Source: a virus. From it: a DNA stretch of 64,000 bases. The first letter of the stretch is position 1, and each line of letters starts with the position of its first letter. The position numbers and the translations under genes are program-made. Where the stretch lies: positions 54,156 through 118,155 of IMG/VR virus record IMGVR_UViG_3300027881_000536; one strand, 5' to 3'. Of the stretch, positions 37,996-46,879 are shown piece after piece. The notes below the pieces were generated by a model. The model was not told the DNA's origin, made no database searches, and saw only the letters and a list, made by a program, of their open reading frames with translations.

Positions 37996-38183
37996 TGTTG
38001 GAACCCCCTATAGTGATTCTCACGAGCAGATTCCCACATATGCCTTATTTCGGCAGTCATATCAAGTGACTCATCTTTGCTGATATTTGGGTCTTTAGCA
38101 TTCTCACGAATCCACTTAGCGATGGTTTTGTCATCATCACCATTGTGTAGCATGATATCTATGTTCTTGAAGAACCCCATCAC
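37992..38183 (-). CDS. Hypothetical protein (63 aa)
   Basis: ATGA overlaps on both sides. Confidence 0.6.
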   Translation of the reverse strand: MMGFFKNIDIMLHNGDDDKTIAKWIRENAKDPNISKDESLDMTAEIRHMWESARENHYRGFQQ

Positions 38184-39526
38184 TCTACCCCCTTGAACTG
38201 GTCTAGTGAGGTATTACCGCCTTCACCAGCAGGTATCGCTAGTCTCGGTGGAGCATATACACCCAAAGCCCTCATTGTGGGTACTTCCTGTTTACCATCT
38301 TCTACAGCCCTTAGTCCCAATCTACCGAAAATGTAGACTGTTGACTTCACTGCATAAGGCTTCCAACCCTTTCGACCCTTGTAGTCGAATACATGACAGT
38401 CTTGACCTAAGAATCCATGAACTCTGATAGAGACTTCTTGTTTCCACATATTGTCCGGGAATTCTCTCTGTAGAGCAAATGATGACACTCTCATGGTGTA
38501 ATTGACACCTGCTGGGTCATATTCGCTCTCGTATCCTGTCTGGTTGATATCTGTCACTTTTCCTTTGATACAAACCAAAGGACCGATGGGGTTGTCGAAC
38601 CCTTCAATGGTCTCAGACTCTGAGCGATAGACATCCATTAGGTCGGATAGGTCTGATACATAACAGTCCATCCCACCCATCAACAGGTCACCCTTGAGGT
38701 ATTCCCTGTCGTCCTCGCTCACGAACTCCTTGTTGTAGTGGATTGACTTGAAGAAATTGCTCATTCCTCGCCACATATCCTCCCAACCGGGATTCACATT
38801 CTCTGGTTGAGGCCTTACTTTGACAGTGCAAGGTTCACCGAATACTACATGTTGAGATACACTCAATTCAGTAGAGCCACTCACATCAATTCTGAACAGT
38901 TCCATCTCATCCTCAAACCTTTCAGGGGTATTTCCATAGAATCGGTAGGTTCTGCTGAACAGGTAGGGTGAGATAGGTTCACCATGTCTTGCCCAGTCAG
39001 GGTTTTCTTGTAGGATGGCTAATGTCATCCCACTGTCCCTAACTAGGAACCAAGGGTCATTATCCTCGTCAAACCTCTCTTGGGTCGACGCTACTATTCC
39101 CATAGCCTTCTCAAGCATCCATACCTCGTTTTCTACGAAGGCTCTGGCTACTGTGCCTTTCTCGATAGCAGCACCTAAGTCTTCTTTGGCGAATTGTATA
39201 GCATTCTCTCTCACATTCTCTCTCTTGTCTCGTATCTTGGGTTCTACACCTACGAAGCATCCCACTAACTCGGTGGAACTCCCTCCCGGTGTGCTCATCA
39301 CCCTTCTCTCAACCACGAAGGTCTCAGCGGCATCCACTAGGAAATCGTCGTCCTCTTCGTGGGTGTTAACGATTCCGAGATGTTCCTCGATGTAAGCGAG
39401 GTATTGTTCCACGGCCTTGTGTTGGCTGATACTATGATGTTCAGCATACCAATGTAGTCGTTCTAACACTTCTTCTGGCAATTCTTCTTTGTTTTCATTT
39501 TTCTTTTTCAGCGTGCTCATTTTCAC
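38180..39526 (-). CDS. Putative OB-fold ssDNA-binding (RPA-like) protein
   Basis: C-terminal OB-like pattern (VCIKGKVT...YTMRV...VYIFGRL) and terminal NTSLDQF; replication context. Confidence 0.45.
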   Translation of the reverse strand: MKMSTLKKKNENKEELPEEVLERLHWYAEHHSISQHKAVEQYLAYIEEHLGIVNTHEEDDDFLVDAAETFVVERRVMSTPGGSSTELVGCFVGVEPKIRDKRENVRENAIQFAKEDLGAAIEKGTVARAFVENEVWMLEKAMGIVASTQERFDEDNDPWFLVRDSGMTLAILQENPDWARHGEPISPYLFSRTYRFYGNTPERFEDEMELFRIDVSGSTELSVSQHVVFGEPCTVKVRPQPENVNPGWEDMWRGMSNFFKSIHYNKEFVSEDDREYLKGDLLMGGMDCYVSDLSDLMDVYRSESETIEGFDNPIGPLVCIKGKVTDINQTGYESEYDPAGVNYTMRVSSFALQREFPDNMWKQEVSIRVHGFLGQDCHVFDYKGRKGWKPYAVKSTVYIFGRLGLRAVEDGKQEVPTMRALGVYAPPRLAIPAGEGGNTSLDQFKGVE

Positions 39527-40436
39527 TCCTCATTCTCTTCTCTTCTCTCCCGTTAGGGAGGGACAGAGACCCCACGAACCAGTCAATAAACCCTCTGTTA
39601 TCTAGAGGCCATTGGTGGGTCGAAAGGACTGCGTCCCCCCATACCTTGGAGTAGTGGTGGAACCTATCTGGCTCCATATCTAAGTCGCGCACTCTATCGT
39701 GCAACATGTTGAGTATAGTCATCATATTCCTGCCTGGTTGGTTGAGTGAGTAGAGTTCTTCTCTCAATGATACCCAATCTCCACCAGCGATGGAAAGGGA
39801 GGCTTCAGACAGCATCTCTGCTTTGATGGTGGCCATATTTTCGAGTTCTCTAGCGTCCTGCACAGTTTGGGCCGCTATGCCGAGACTGCGAAGGTCTCCA
39901 TTGAAAGCCATACCTATCTTGCCGATATTGTAGCCGTTCCACCCATATGTTGACTTACATAGGTGTCTGAAGTTCTTTTGCAGAAACGCATGCACATGGG
40001 TGGTCCCGTATGGCGCGAAATGTAGTGTGTGGCATCGCGAGCGCAACGCGGGTATGATGTTAGCCTCTTCGTTGGCTGTGAGTATGAACAGCGCATGACC
40101 TTTCTCTATGGTCCTGCGTAGGGCGTCTTGGGCCTGTCTTGTGAGACCATCTGCCTCATCGAGTAGTATGATGGTGGTATCACTGTAGCCACGCTGTGTT
40201 GCTACCTGCTTCACACGCGTGCGTATGAAGTCTATACCGCGCTCATCAGAGGCATTGAATTCGTGCACATCAGCATCTAGGAACTGACCTACTGCTAGTG
40301 CTGTAGAGGTCTTACCAGTGCCTGGAGGCCCTACGAATAAGAGGTCAGGGACATTGTTTGACTCACATAATTCTCTCACTTGGCAGATGGGATGGGTGGA
40401 ATCATCACTCCCAATCAAGTCCTCGAATGTCAACAT
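39495..40436 (-). CDS. rfcS: Replication factor C small subunit (clamp loader)
   Basis: GPPGTGKT, EFNASDERGID, LLDEADGLT, ALRSRC. Confidence 0.95.
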   Translation of the reverse strand: MLTFEDLIGSDDSTHPICQVRELCESNNVPDLLFVGPPGTGKTSTALAVGQFLDADVHEFNASDERGIDFIRTRVKQVATQRGYSDTTIILLDEADGLTRQAQDALRRTIEKGHALFILTANEEANIIPALRSRCHTLHFAPYGTTHVHAFLQKNFRHLCKSTYGWNGYNIGKIGMAFNGDLRSLGIAAQTVQDARELENMATIKAEMLSEASLSIAGGDWVSLREELYSLNQPGRNMMTILNMLHDRVRDLDMEPDRFHHYSKVWGDAVLSTHQWPLDNRGFIDWFVGSLSLPNGREEKRMRSENEHAEKEK

Positions 40437-40462
40437 GGAACCCCTCCGATGTACCCCAAGTG

Positions 40463-40468
40463 CTTATA
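40463..40468 (-). promoter_or_regulatory. Candidate TATA box for rfcS
   Basis: Minus-strand TATAAG lies ~27 nt upstream of the ATG at 40436, followed by a GGAGGGG RBS. Confidence 0.3.
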
Positions 40469-40823
40469 CTATTTCCTCGAACTGTCTCATAAGTTCGGAG
40501 ATGTCACCATGATTCATCTTACGAGCAGTAGGGGCATCCATAGTGATTAGCAATTTCTGTAGGTTACCCCCATCCTTCACTGCCTCCCATACGGGTGCTA
40601 GAAGTGAGAGGACCTTCTGTATCTGCTCCTTGTCCCTCAAGACTCTACCATGCACACCCTTTGTTGCAAGCCATAGATTCAGTTCGGGTTCGTCTTCCAT
40701 ACTTGTATACACCTTTCGATGCACTTTGTATCCTAGTTTCCGCTTGGGGGAGAAGTGAATGCTGGCTTGGAAGCGAGCATCTCGGGCTAGCCATGCTAGG
40801 AAGAAATCATCGTGCCTGTCCAT
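40464..40823 (-). CDS. Degenerate LAGLIDADG-fold protein (119 aa)
   Basis: FLAWLARDARF resembles the LAGLIDADG helix, followed by GYKV...strand...EL..WL..KG as in single-motif homing endonucleases. Confidence 0.45.
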   Translation of the reverse strand: MDRHDDFFLAWLARDARFQASIHFSPKRKLGYKVHRKVYTSMEDEPELNLWLATKGVHGRVLRDKEQIQKVLSLLAPVWEAVKDGGNLQKLLITMDAPTARKMNHGDISELMRQFEEIV

Positions 40824-42150
40824 TACCTTCCCTCTCTATGATATCGCCGTATTGGAGTGCATCACTCATCCCTAGCCCTGTGTCTATACGGACGAGATAT
40901 GCTCCTTCGAGTCTGTGGTCCCTGCAACGCAGGGCGTGAAACAGCCCCACTAGGGGTATTTCGAGTTCTGTCCATACCTTCCTTCTACAGGCTTCCGTGA
41001 GTATGGAGTTATCAGGGAGATTTTCCCTCTTGACATTAGCATACCCCACATGAATGGGGTCAAAACCGTCTAGAGCCTCTATCCTCAAGTCTATCCACTC
41101 ACCATTCTTCTGCTCTTTGGCTTGGGTTATGAGGAGTGGCATCTCATAGATTCTTTTGGGCTGGATGAAGCCCCCTCTGTGCTGACCATGAATGTGTGGT
41201 TTGTCTCCATCAATGAGTCTGAGCACTTCCCCATCTTCCATAGCCTGTGAGAGTGTCCTGAGATGAGCAGCATCTCTTATTCTCTGAGGTTTTACTGACC
41301 TTGCTTGGTATTCCATTTCCCACTGGTCGGGGTTGGCTTCTGTGTGGAGCCACTCTATCACATCCCCCCCTTCGTCTACCAAAGCCACACAGTCTCCTCC
41401 TATGGCTAGGTCTGCTGGTGCGTTAGGTAGTATCTCACCCATGCCGTCATACACGAAGATGTCATCTTGGTATTGGTGCGCGTACCTGCGTGGACCTGAT
41501 ACAATCTCGTAGTAAGTGTTCAAGAATGGGACAGACCAGTATTTCCAGGGACCGAATGATGGGGCCCTGAATGGGTGGCCTGGTTGAATGCGAAATTCAT
41601 CAGAAAGAGTACCTTCTATAGCCCTACCAAGGACTACTGCGATATTCTCCACTGATAGAGCACTTGTAAGCCTCTCTGGGGGGTACTTACCTCCACCATG
41701 TGCAACGGCTCTGAGCAGCCTCTTACGGGGCAAAACTGGCCTTTCTCCGAGGGCTCTACACCATAGGGCTTCTGCAGACCTCTTATCCATCTTAGCGAAG
41801 ATGGCTTTTATGTCTGGAGCAGTCTCTATGACTCTCAATTCTGAGACACAGGATAGGGCTTCTGGGATTGTCATGTTGTCCTCACATTCATCTGGTGATT
41901 CTGATACCAATGCTGGGACCAATGGAGCCCCTTCAATGAGTTCAAACTCCTCGGGAAACATACCTAGTCCTCTGTGTAGAGCACTCATTATGTGCTCAGG
42001 CTTGAGAATGGCTGGCCCATAGAGGAGAGAACAGAACTCTTCAAGTTCTCCTTTGTTCTCTACCAGAAAGTTATACAGTAAACTCTCTTGTTCTCTGCTC
42101 TCCGCTGTATTGACAGCAGTAACTAAGATAGCAGCGTCATCTATTTTCAC
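40807..42150 (-). CDS. ATP-dependent DNA ligase homologue lacking catalytic motifs (pseudo-ligase, 447 aa)
   Basis: DBD, adenylation and OB domains appear in the expected order, but motif I reads EIVSGPR (no K). GTG start at 42150 (MKIDD). Confidence 0.7.
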   Translation of the reverse strand: MKIDDAAILVTAVNTAESREQESLLYNFLVENKGELEEFCSLLYGPAILKPEHIMSALHRGLGMFPEEFELIEGAPLVPALVSESPDECEDNMTIPEALSCVSELRVIETAPDIKAIFAKMDKRSAEALWCRALGERPVLPRKRLLRAVAHGGGKYPPERLTSALSVENIAVVLGRAIEGTLSDEFRIQPGHPFRAPSFGPWKYWSVPFLNTYYEIVSGPRRYAHQYQDDIFVYDGMGEILPNAPADLAIGGDCVALVDEGGDVIEWLHTEANPDQWEMEYQARSVKPQRIRDAAHLRTLSQAMEDGEVLRLIDGDKPHIHGQHRGGFIQPKRIYEMPLLITQAKEQKNGEWIDLRIEALDGFDPIHVGYANVKRENLPDNSILTEACRRKVWTELEIPLVGLFHALRCRDHRLEGAYLVRIDTGLGMSDALQYGDIIEREGNGQAR

Positions 42151-42301
42151 GCTTCTTTCTCTCCTTCTGCTTTCTATCCAAGTAACATTTCCCACAGTTT
42201 ATTGCGTTAGCGAGGTTCCCTTTAGTATTCAATTTGTTGAGCACTACCCCACAATTATCGCAATGCGTGCGACGGTGTCTTAACCCGCCCACGCGTATCA
42301 C
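42137..42301 (-). CDS. Zn-finger micro-protein (54 aa), missed by the ORF track
   Basis: GTGA overlap; ...HCDNCG...NCGKCY... followed by a basic tail. Confidence 0.65.
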   Translation of the reverse strand: MIRVGGLRHRRTHCDNCGVVLNKLNTKGNLANAINCGKCYLDRKQKERKKRENR

Positions 42302-42540
42302 TCAGGCGCGGGCGTGAGCGCCCACACGCATATGCTATAACTGCCGCTCAGCGTGCCTGCGCGTCTTGTGTCACTAACTTTCACAATCTGCTTATCTTTG
42401 GCCAGCACATTCCCCAATTGCTGGGGAGTTGTGCCGTGCCGCATAGTGCTGTTTATGTATTCCAATATCTGTTGGGTATTACACTCACCATTTGTTGCTA
42501 GGTATCTCTTAATGTTCTGTCTTAGGCGTGTAGTCCTCAT
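42298..42540 (-). CDS. DUF3860-family winged-helix DNA-binding protein
   Basis: INSTMRHGTTPQQLGNVLAKDK...SG.Y.IC.W closely matches, from memory, the DUF3860 (PDB 2OD5) signature. Start at MRTTRL via ATGA overlap. Confidence 0.85.
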   Translation of the reverse strand: MRTTRLRQNIKRYLATNGECNTQQILEYINSTMRHGTTPQQLGNVLAKDKQIVKVSDTRRAGTLSGSYSICVWALTPAPE

Positions 42541-43226
42541 TCCTCTTCCTCTCCTTTTCTTCTTACACACATGAGTCCCCTCATGTGTAGGGGGACAGGT
42601 TTGCCGCCCCATTCGCTACCAAGGGGCTGAGCATATAGGTCTTCCCAATATCCTTTATCTACTGCTTCCACCATTTGCTCAGGTTGGATTGGGAACCACC
42701 CTCCCCAAGTATAGAAGAGGGTCTCCCCCGCGACTAGATAGTAGTCATCGGGACTGAGATATATCACTTCCTCACAATCACAAGTGACTCCTACTACCCA
42801 TCTATCGGCGAGGGTTTCCTCCCCACTCTCGTCTACGAATTGGTTATTCCCTAGAACCTCCCATTGAGCATTCCCCAAGTCCATGTTAACCACTGGAGTT
42901 TCATTACAATGGGGGCATAGCCATGATTGAGCCTCCTTCTGCATCATCTCAGCGGCTAGTTGAGGGTCATCGGGGATGATTTTGGTTTGCTCCATTTCTA
43001 GATGCCAGCCTATCATTTGCAACACGACTTCTACTCTGCGTGCAGCCATCTCTGCTCTCTCGGTTCTGGTGAGGAGGGTGAGAGTGGCGTCCCCCGTCTT
43101 GCGAAACGCCATCTCTCCCTCCATCCAGTCTTGCCCCATCTCTAGGTTCTCAACGACACCCCTAGTCCATTCTAGGTCTTCTTCTGTGGGCTCCCATGAT
43201 GAAGGTGTAAGATGGTCATTCACCAT
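42537..43226 (-). CDS. Hypothetical Zn-binding protein (~229 aa)
   Basis: CPHC...CDC; start placed at MVNDHL. Confidence 0.6.
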   Translation of the reverse strand: MVNDHLTPSSWEPTEEDLEWTRGVVENLEMGQDWMEGEMAFRKTGDATLTLLTRTERAEMAARRVEVVLQMIGWHLEMEQTKIIPDDPQLAAEMMQKEAQSWLCPHCNETPVVNMDLGNAQWEVLGNNQFVDESGEETLADRWVVGVTCDCEEVIYLSPDDYYLVAGETLFYTWGGWFPIQPEQMVEAVDKGYWEDLYAQPLGSEWGGKPVPLHMRGLMCVRRKGEEEE

Positions 43227-43567
43227 TTCAAGAACCTCCTTTTGAATCCTGTAAGGAAACCCCCCATACCTTTTGATGTGGATTTCGGTTTGTTCTTCAA
43301 CCAATGTGACCAGACCTCACAATGATAACATGGTACAATGAAGTACTTATCACTCACCAGCAATAACTCATCTTCTTTCACTTTTGCATTACAACAAGCC
43401 ATTGTTCTCAATTTGTAACAGAATTTCGCTTCTGAATCCGTTTTCACGATGTGGTCTATGTCTATCATCTGACCAGCAACTTGTAGAGAGCCTAATTCGT
43501 AGGCTTCACCTTCTACATGAACCAGCCCATCTTCTTGCAACTCGTACACGCTTAACCTCCTGTTCAT
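43220..43567 (-). CDS. Hypothetical protein (115 aa), Cys-rich
   Basis: Coupled ORF with ACC...CYHC. Confidence 0.55.
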   Translation of the reverse strand: MNRRLSVYELQEDGLVHVEGEAYELGSLQVAGQMIDIDHIVKTDSEAKFCYKLRTMACCNAKVKEDELLLVSDKYFIVPCYHCEVWSHWLKNKPKSTSKGMGGFLTGFKRRFLKW

Positions 43568-43894
43568 TCACTCGTTCTCCTCTGGGATTAGGTCTGTCAG
43601 AAGAACCTGTGTGTGGTGTGTGATTGGTATTTGCCCATCTATACCACCACTACTCACATGTTGACATTGTGTTTGGCTATACATAGCATAGCATCCACAC
43701 CTTTCACAGATTATTTGTATCGTCTGCACATATCTAAGGTTGGAACCTATTCCCTCTAGTTTCCATACATGGTCATGAACCTCGCACTCTAGAAGGCCTT
43801 CATAGGCCCTCTTATTCTCCTCTAGGGATTGTGCTTGTTGTGCTAGTTCTTTCGTCTGTTCTTCTATTTCGTTTAACTTCTGTGTTATCGTCAT
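43568..43894 (-). CDS. Hypothetical coiled-coil/Zn-finger protein (108 aa)
   Basis: N-terminal coiled coil; CxxHxHxW...CERC. Confidence 0.6.
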   Translation of the reverse strand: MTITQKLNEIEEQTKELAQQAQSLEENKRAYEGLLECEVHDHVWKLEGIGSNLRYVQTIQIICERCGCYAMYSQTQCQHVSSGGIDGQIPITHHTQVLLTDLIPEENE

Positions 43895-44127
43895 ATTTCT
43901 TCTCCTCTTCTTACATAGTCAACATGGTCATCTGGGAGGTATTTCCTCAGTTTCTCTCGTTTCCTATCGAATTCTTCTCGTAACTTCTTGGCGGCTTTCG
44001 TCACCCTATCGTATGCTACTGGGTCATCCTTCGGACCCAACTCCTGGAATATCTTACCAAATTTGAATTGGTATAGTATCGCTCCTACAATCTCATATTC
44101 CGCGTGTTTCTGGCTTTTTGCTCTCAT
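43891..44127 (-). CDS. Hypothetical protein (78 aa)
   Basis: ATGA coupling. Confidence 0.55.
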   Translation of the reverse strand: MRAKSQKHAEYEIVGAILYQFKFGKIFQELGPKDDPVAYDRVTKAAKKLREEFDRKREKLRKYLPDDHVDYVRRGEEI

Positions 44128-44305
44128 TCTTCTCCTCTCCTAATGTGAATTTGATTCTGGGTCGCCCATCATCTACTGGCTCGACAGATGGCTTTGGTGC
44201 TGATGGTGCTAGGTAAGCACAGCCCTTGCACCAAACCTTGTTACCTATACCCCTGTAGACAGGGGCCTTTTTGTCGCATTCTGTGCATTTCTTGATGATT
44301 TTCAT
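44093..44305 (-). CDS. Zn-finger protein (70 aa)
   Basis: CTEC...CKGC. Confidence 0.55.
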   Translation of the reverse strand: MKIIKKCTECDKKAPVYRGIGNKVWCKGCAYLAPSAPKPSVEPVDDGRPRIKFTLGEEKNESKKPETRGI

Positions 44306-46014
44306 ATCAGTGCCCTCCCAGCCATCAGGGAGTCTGCGACTGCCTGCGCCACTATCATCTTATCGCTTTCTGAGCCATCCAAAGCGGCTTTTACTATTGC
44401 TTCCTTATCCCTGACAACCTTGTCGAAGTGGGTGTCCACCGTGTTGGCGGCACTTAGAATGACTTGGTGGCACACATCGCTCTCTTGTGTTATGCGCCTC
44501 ACACGCGAGGCTGCTTGCCTCTCATGGGCCGGAACCCACTCCCTCTCTACGAATAGCGTGGTGTCTGCAGCGTCGAGGTTGACTCCTTCTTTCATGGCTA
44601 GTGTGCTACAAATTAGAAATGGGAGTTTACCCTCTTGGAACTCTGAGATTAGTTCTTGCCTCCGCTTGTCCGGTGTGGAGCCTGTGATACAGAGCATAGT
44701 ATCTTCCCCGGCCTCTATCATGAGGCTCTCTGCCAGTCCCTCCACGACATCTCTGTGATGAGCAAACACCACTATCGGTTTGGGCCTGTAGGTGTCTATG
44801 TAATGCATAACCCAACTGAAAGCCCCCTTCACCTTGGCTCTTCCAGCGGCGTGTCTGAGGTCTGTGAGGATGTTCAGCAGGAGGCCAGGAGGTATGCTTC
44901 CGCTACCCGTTGTCCTGTAATGCTCTAACTCATCCATCAGTGTGTTGTAGACTATATCATACTGAGTGCGTGAGATGTCCACCTCTATGATGGTCTGCAA
45001 CAGGTCAGGCATTTGGTCTGACAGTCTTGGGTCATCCATCGTTCTCCTTAGCATGATGTCTTTGAGTAGGTGGTTGAGGGGTGGGGTTATCCCATCGTCG
45101 CTAATCTCTATGTTGCTAGCCCCGTCAAAGTTCCAACCATATCCGTTATGGATTGCTCCACAGTATTTTTTCCCGAACAGGTAGTAATTGTTGAATGAAA
45201 AGGGTCTCAGCATGTTGAGAACTGTGAATACCTCTGAAGGTCTGTTCAGAATGGGTGTGCCACTCATGGCTATCATACCCTTGACTGTAGGCCAAGCCGC
45301 CAATCTCTTAGCGGCTTTCGTTCTCTGGGCCTTTTGATTCTTGAGTGTGTGACACTCATCGAAGACGATACAGTCGTAATCGTCCGCTAGAAGTTCATCT
45401 ACTCTAGCGTGTAGCAAATCATAATTGATAATTGTGATGTCGGATACTCTGTACTCCTTCTTGTAGCCGTAGATGACTGAAGCATCCATCTCTGTCCACT
45501 TCTCCACCTCGTTGGCCCAGTTCACCTTGACCACAGAAGGACAGACTATGAGCACCCTCTGATACTGGCCGGAGAGAATGCACAAGAGAGCCTGGAGAGA
45601 CTTACCTAATCCCATGTCATCTGCTATGAGTAACCTCTCTCCGTGCCCAAACATCTCTGGTGCTACCCATTGGTAGGGTCTCACCAATTCTGGGTTCTTG
45701 AGTCCAGCGAGCCACATCGGTTCAGCCTCTATCGCACTACTGAGGAGGACTCTCTTTGCTGCTGTCTCATGGGCACTATTTACCTCAGGGACAGCAAGTA
45801 TGGCTTCTGAAAGTTCAAGGTAGTGGGGCTTGACTGCCTTAGCCACTTGAATGCCTGATGCTGCTGGAATGAGCCATTCCTTACCCTTTGGACTCCATCT
45901 AGCCTGCCCGCAAGACTTCACAGCAGAATTGATGTCTGTGTAGTTTGGTTTGTATGGCCACTTCATAGATAGTTTGTCAGGTGGTTTGTAACTAACTGTA
46001 ATTGTCTTGGTCAT
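44302..46014 (-). CDS. SNF2-family helicase (SMARCAL1/HARP-like)
   Basis: ADDMGLGKS, DECH, SGTPILN, EGVNL, QAASRVRR; N-terminal 'WSPKGKEWLIP' HARP-like segment. Confidence 0.9.
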   Translation of the reverse strand: MTKTITVSYKPPDKLSMKWPYKPNYTDINSAVKSCGQARWSPKGKEWLIPAASGIQVAKAVKPHYLELSEAILAVPEVNSAHETAAKRVLLSSAIEAEPMWLAGLKNPELVRPYQWVAPEMFGHGERLLIADDMGLGKSLQALLCILSGQYQRVLIVCPSVVKVNWANEVEKWTEMDASVIYGYKKEYRVSDITIINYDLLHARVDELLADDYDCIVFDECHTLKNQKAQRTKAAKRLAAWPTVKGMIAMSGTPILNRPSEVFTVLNMLRPFSFNNYYLFGKKYCGAIHNGYGWNFDGASNIEISDDGITPPLNHLLKDIMLRRTMDDPRLSDQMPDLLQTIIEVDISRTQYDIVYNTLMDELEHYRTTGSGSIPPGLLLNILTDLRHAAGRAKVKGAFSWVMHYIDTYRPKPIVVFAHHRDVVEGLAESLMIEAGEDTMLCITGSTPDKRRQELISEFQEGKLPFLICSTLAMKEGVNLDAADTTLFVEREWVPAHERQAASRVRRITQESDVCHQVILSAANTVDTHFDKVVRDKEAIVKAALDGSESDKMIVAQAVADSLMAGRALI

Positions 46015-46329
46015 TCAATCAATCCTCTCCTGTATCATTACTCCCATCTCACCCGTCATATCATCCGGCTCTCCAATTTGTTCCATGCAATACTCCAATA
46101 GTTTAGCGTAGTCACATGTAATATAATCGTTGGAGTCTAGGTATAGACTTGCTCCAACATGAGTCAAAGCATGGCGCAACCGCTTGACTTCTGCTAGGAG
46201 GTCAGGTGCGGCGGCTATGAGTTTCAAATCTTCATCGTAGTATGACTCTCTCACCGCGTCCAACTCAGGAAAGTGTTCAATCTTCCACGGCCCCGGTGTG
46301 TGTCCTTCGTATTTGTCTGTATCAATCAT
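46015..46329 (-). CDS. Phage HTPGPW/LIAAAPDLL-family protein (104 aa)
   Basis: Starts MIDTDKYEGHTPGPW; contains LIAAAPDLLAEVKRLR. Confidence 0.65.
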   Translation of the reverse strand: MIDTDKYEGHTPGPWKIEHFPELDAVRESYYDEDLKLIAAAPDLLAEVKRLRHALTHVGASLYLDSNDYITCDYAKLLEYCMEQIGEPDDMTGEMGVMIQERID

Positions 46330-46565
46330 TCTTCATCACCTATCCCCAAGTATTCAAGAGCATCAGGGTCTATACCTCCCCAATTAGTATGCCACCAATT
46401 AACCGCCCATCTTACAGTTTCAACATCACATTTATGACTATGTATCGCTTGTTTAACTGCGCTCAATTCTTCGGGTCTGTTAAACGCCATGTAAATCATA
46501 AGCGATGGTAGGTCTATCTCTCGCTCGTCTATTATTTCTCCTTCGTATTTGTCTGTGTCAATCAT
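46326..46565 (-). CDS. Hypothetical protein with MIDTDKYEG N-terminus (79 aa)
   Basis: Shares its start cassette with both neighbours. Confidence 0.65.
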   Translation of the reverse strand: MIDTDKYEGEIIDEREIDLPSLMIYMAFNRPEELSAVKQAIHSHKCDVETVRWAVNWWHTNWGGIDPDALEYLGIGDEE

Positions 46566-46879
46566 TCTTTCATCTCCTGCATTACTGTCCATATCAGTTC
46601 GACTCTTACAATTTCCTCAATTTCTTCCATGTCCATAATCTTCTTGACTCGTAAATAGAAAGCGAGCAGTTCAGGTGCGTCTGCTATGAGTTTAGTATCA
46701 GGCATATCATCAGTCAATTCACCGACCCTCAATGGCCCAAGTATTCGCTCACCATCTGTCCATCCAAAATCACTTTCATCTTCATCACTCACTACACATG
46801 ACCCTTCCACATGAGGGAGATTGAACATCGCCTTCCACGGTGCAGGTGTGTGTCCTTCGTATTTGTCTGTGTCAATCAT
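46562..46879 (-). CDS. Phage HTPGPW/LIADAPELL-family protein (105 aa)
   Basis: Paralogue of 46015-46329. Confidence 0.65.
   Translation of the reverse strand: MIDTDKYEGHTPAPWKAMFNLPHVEGSCVVSDEDESDFGWTDGERILGPLRVGELTDDMPDTKLIADAPELLAFYLRVKKIMDMEEIEEIVRVELIWTVMQEMKE

Noticed and set aside
40807-42195. Functional DNA ligase, and the start at 42195
   Set aside because: The motif I Lys is absent. The 42195 start overlaps a Zn-finger ORF, so the GTG at 42150 is preferred.
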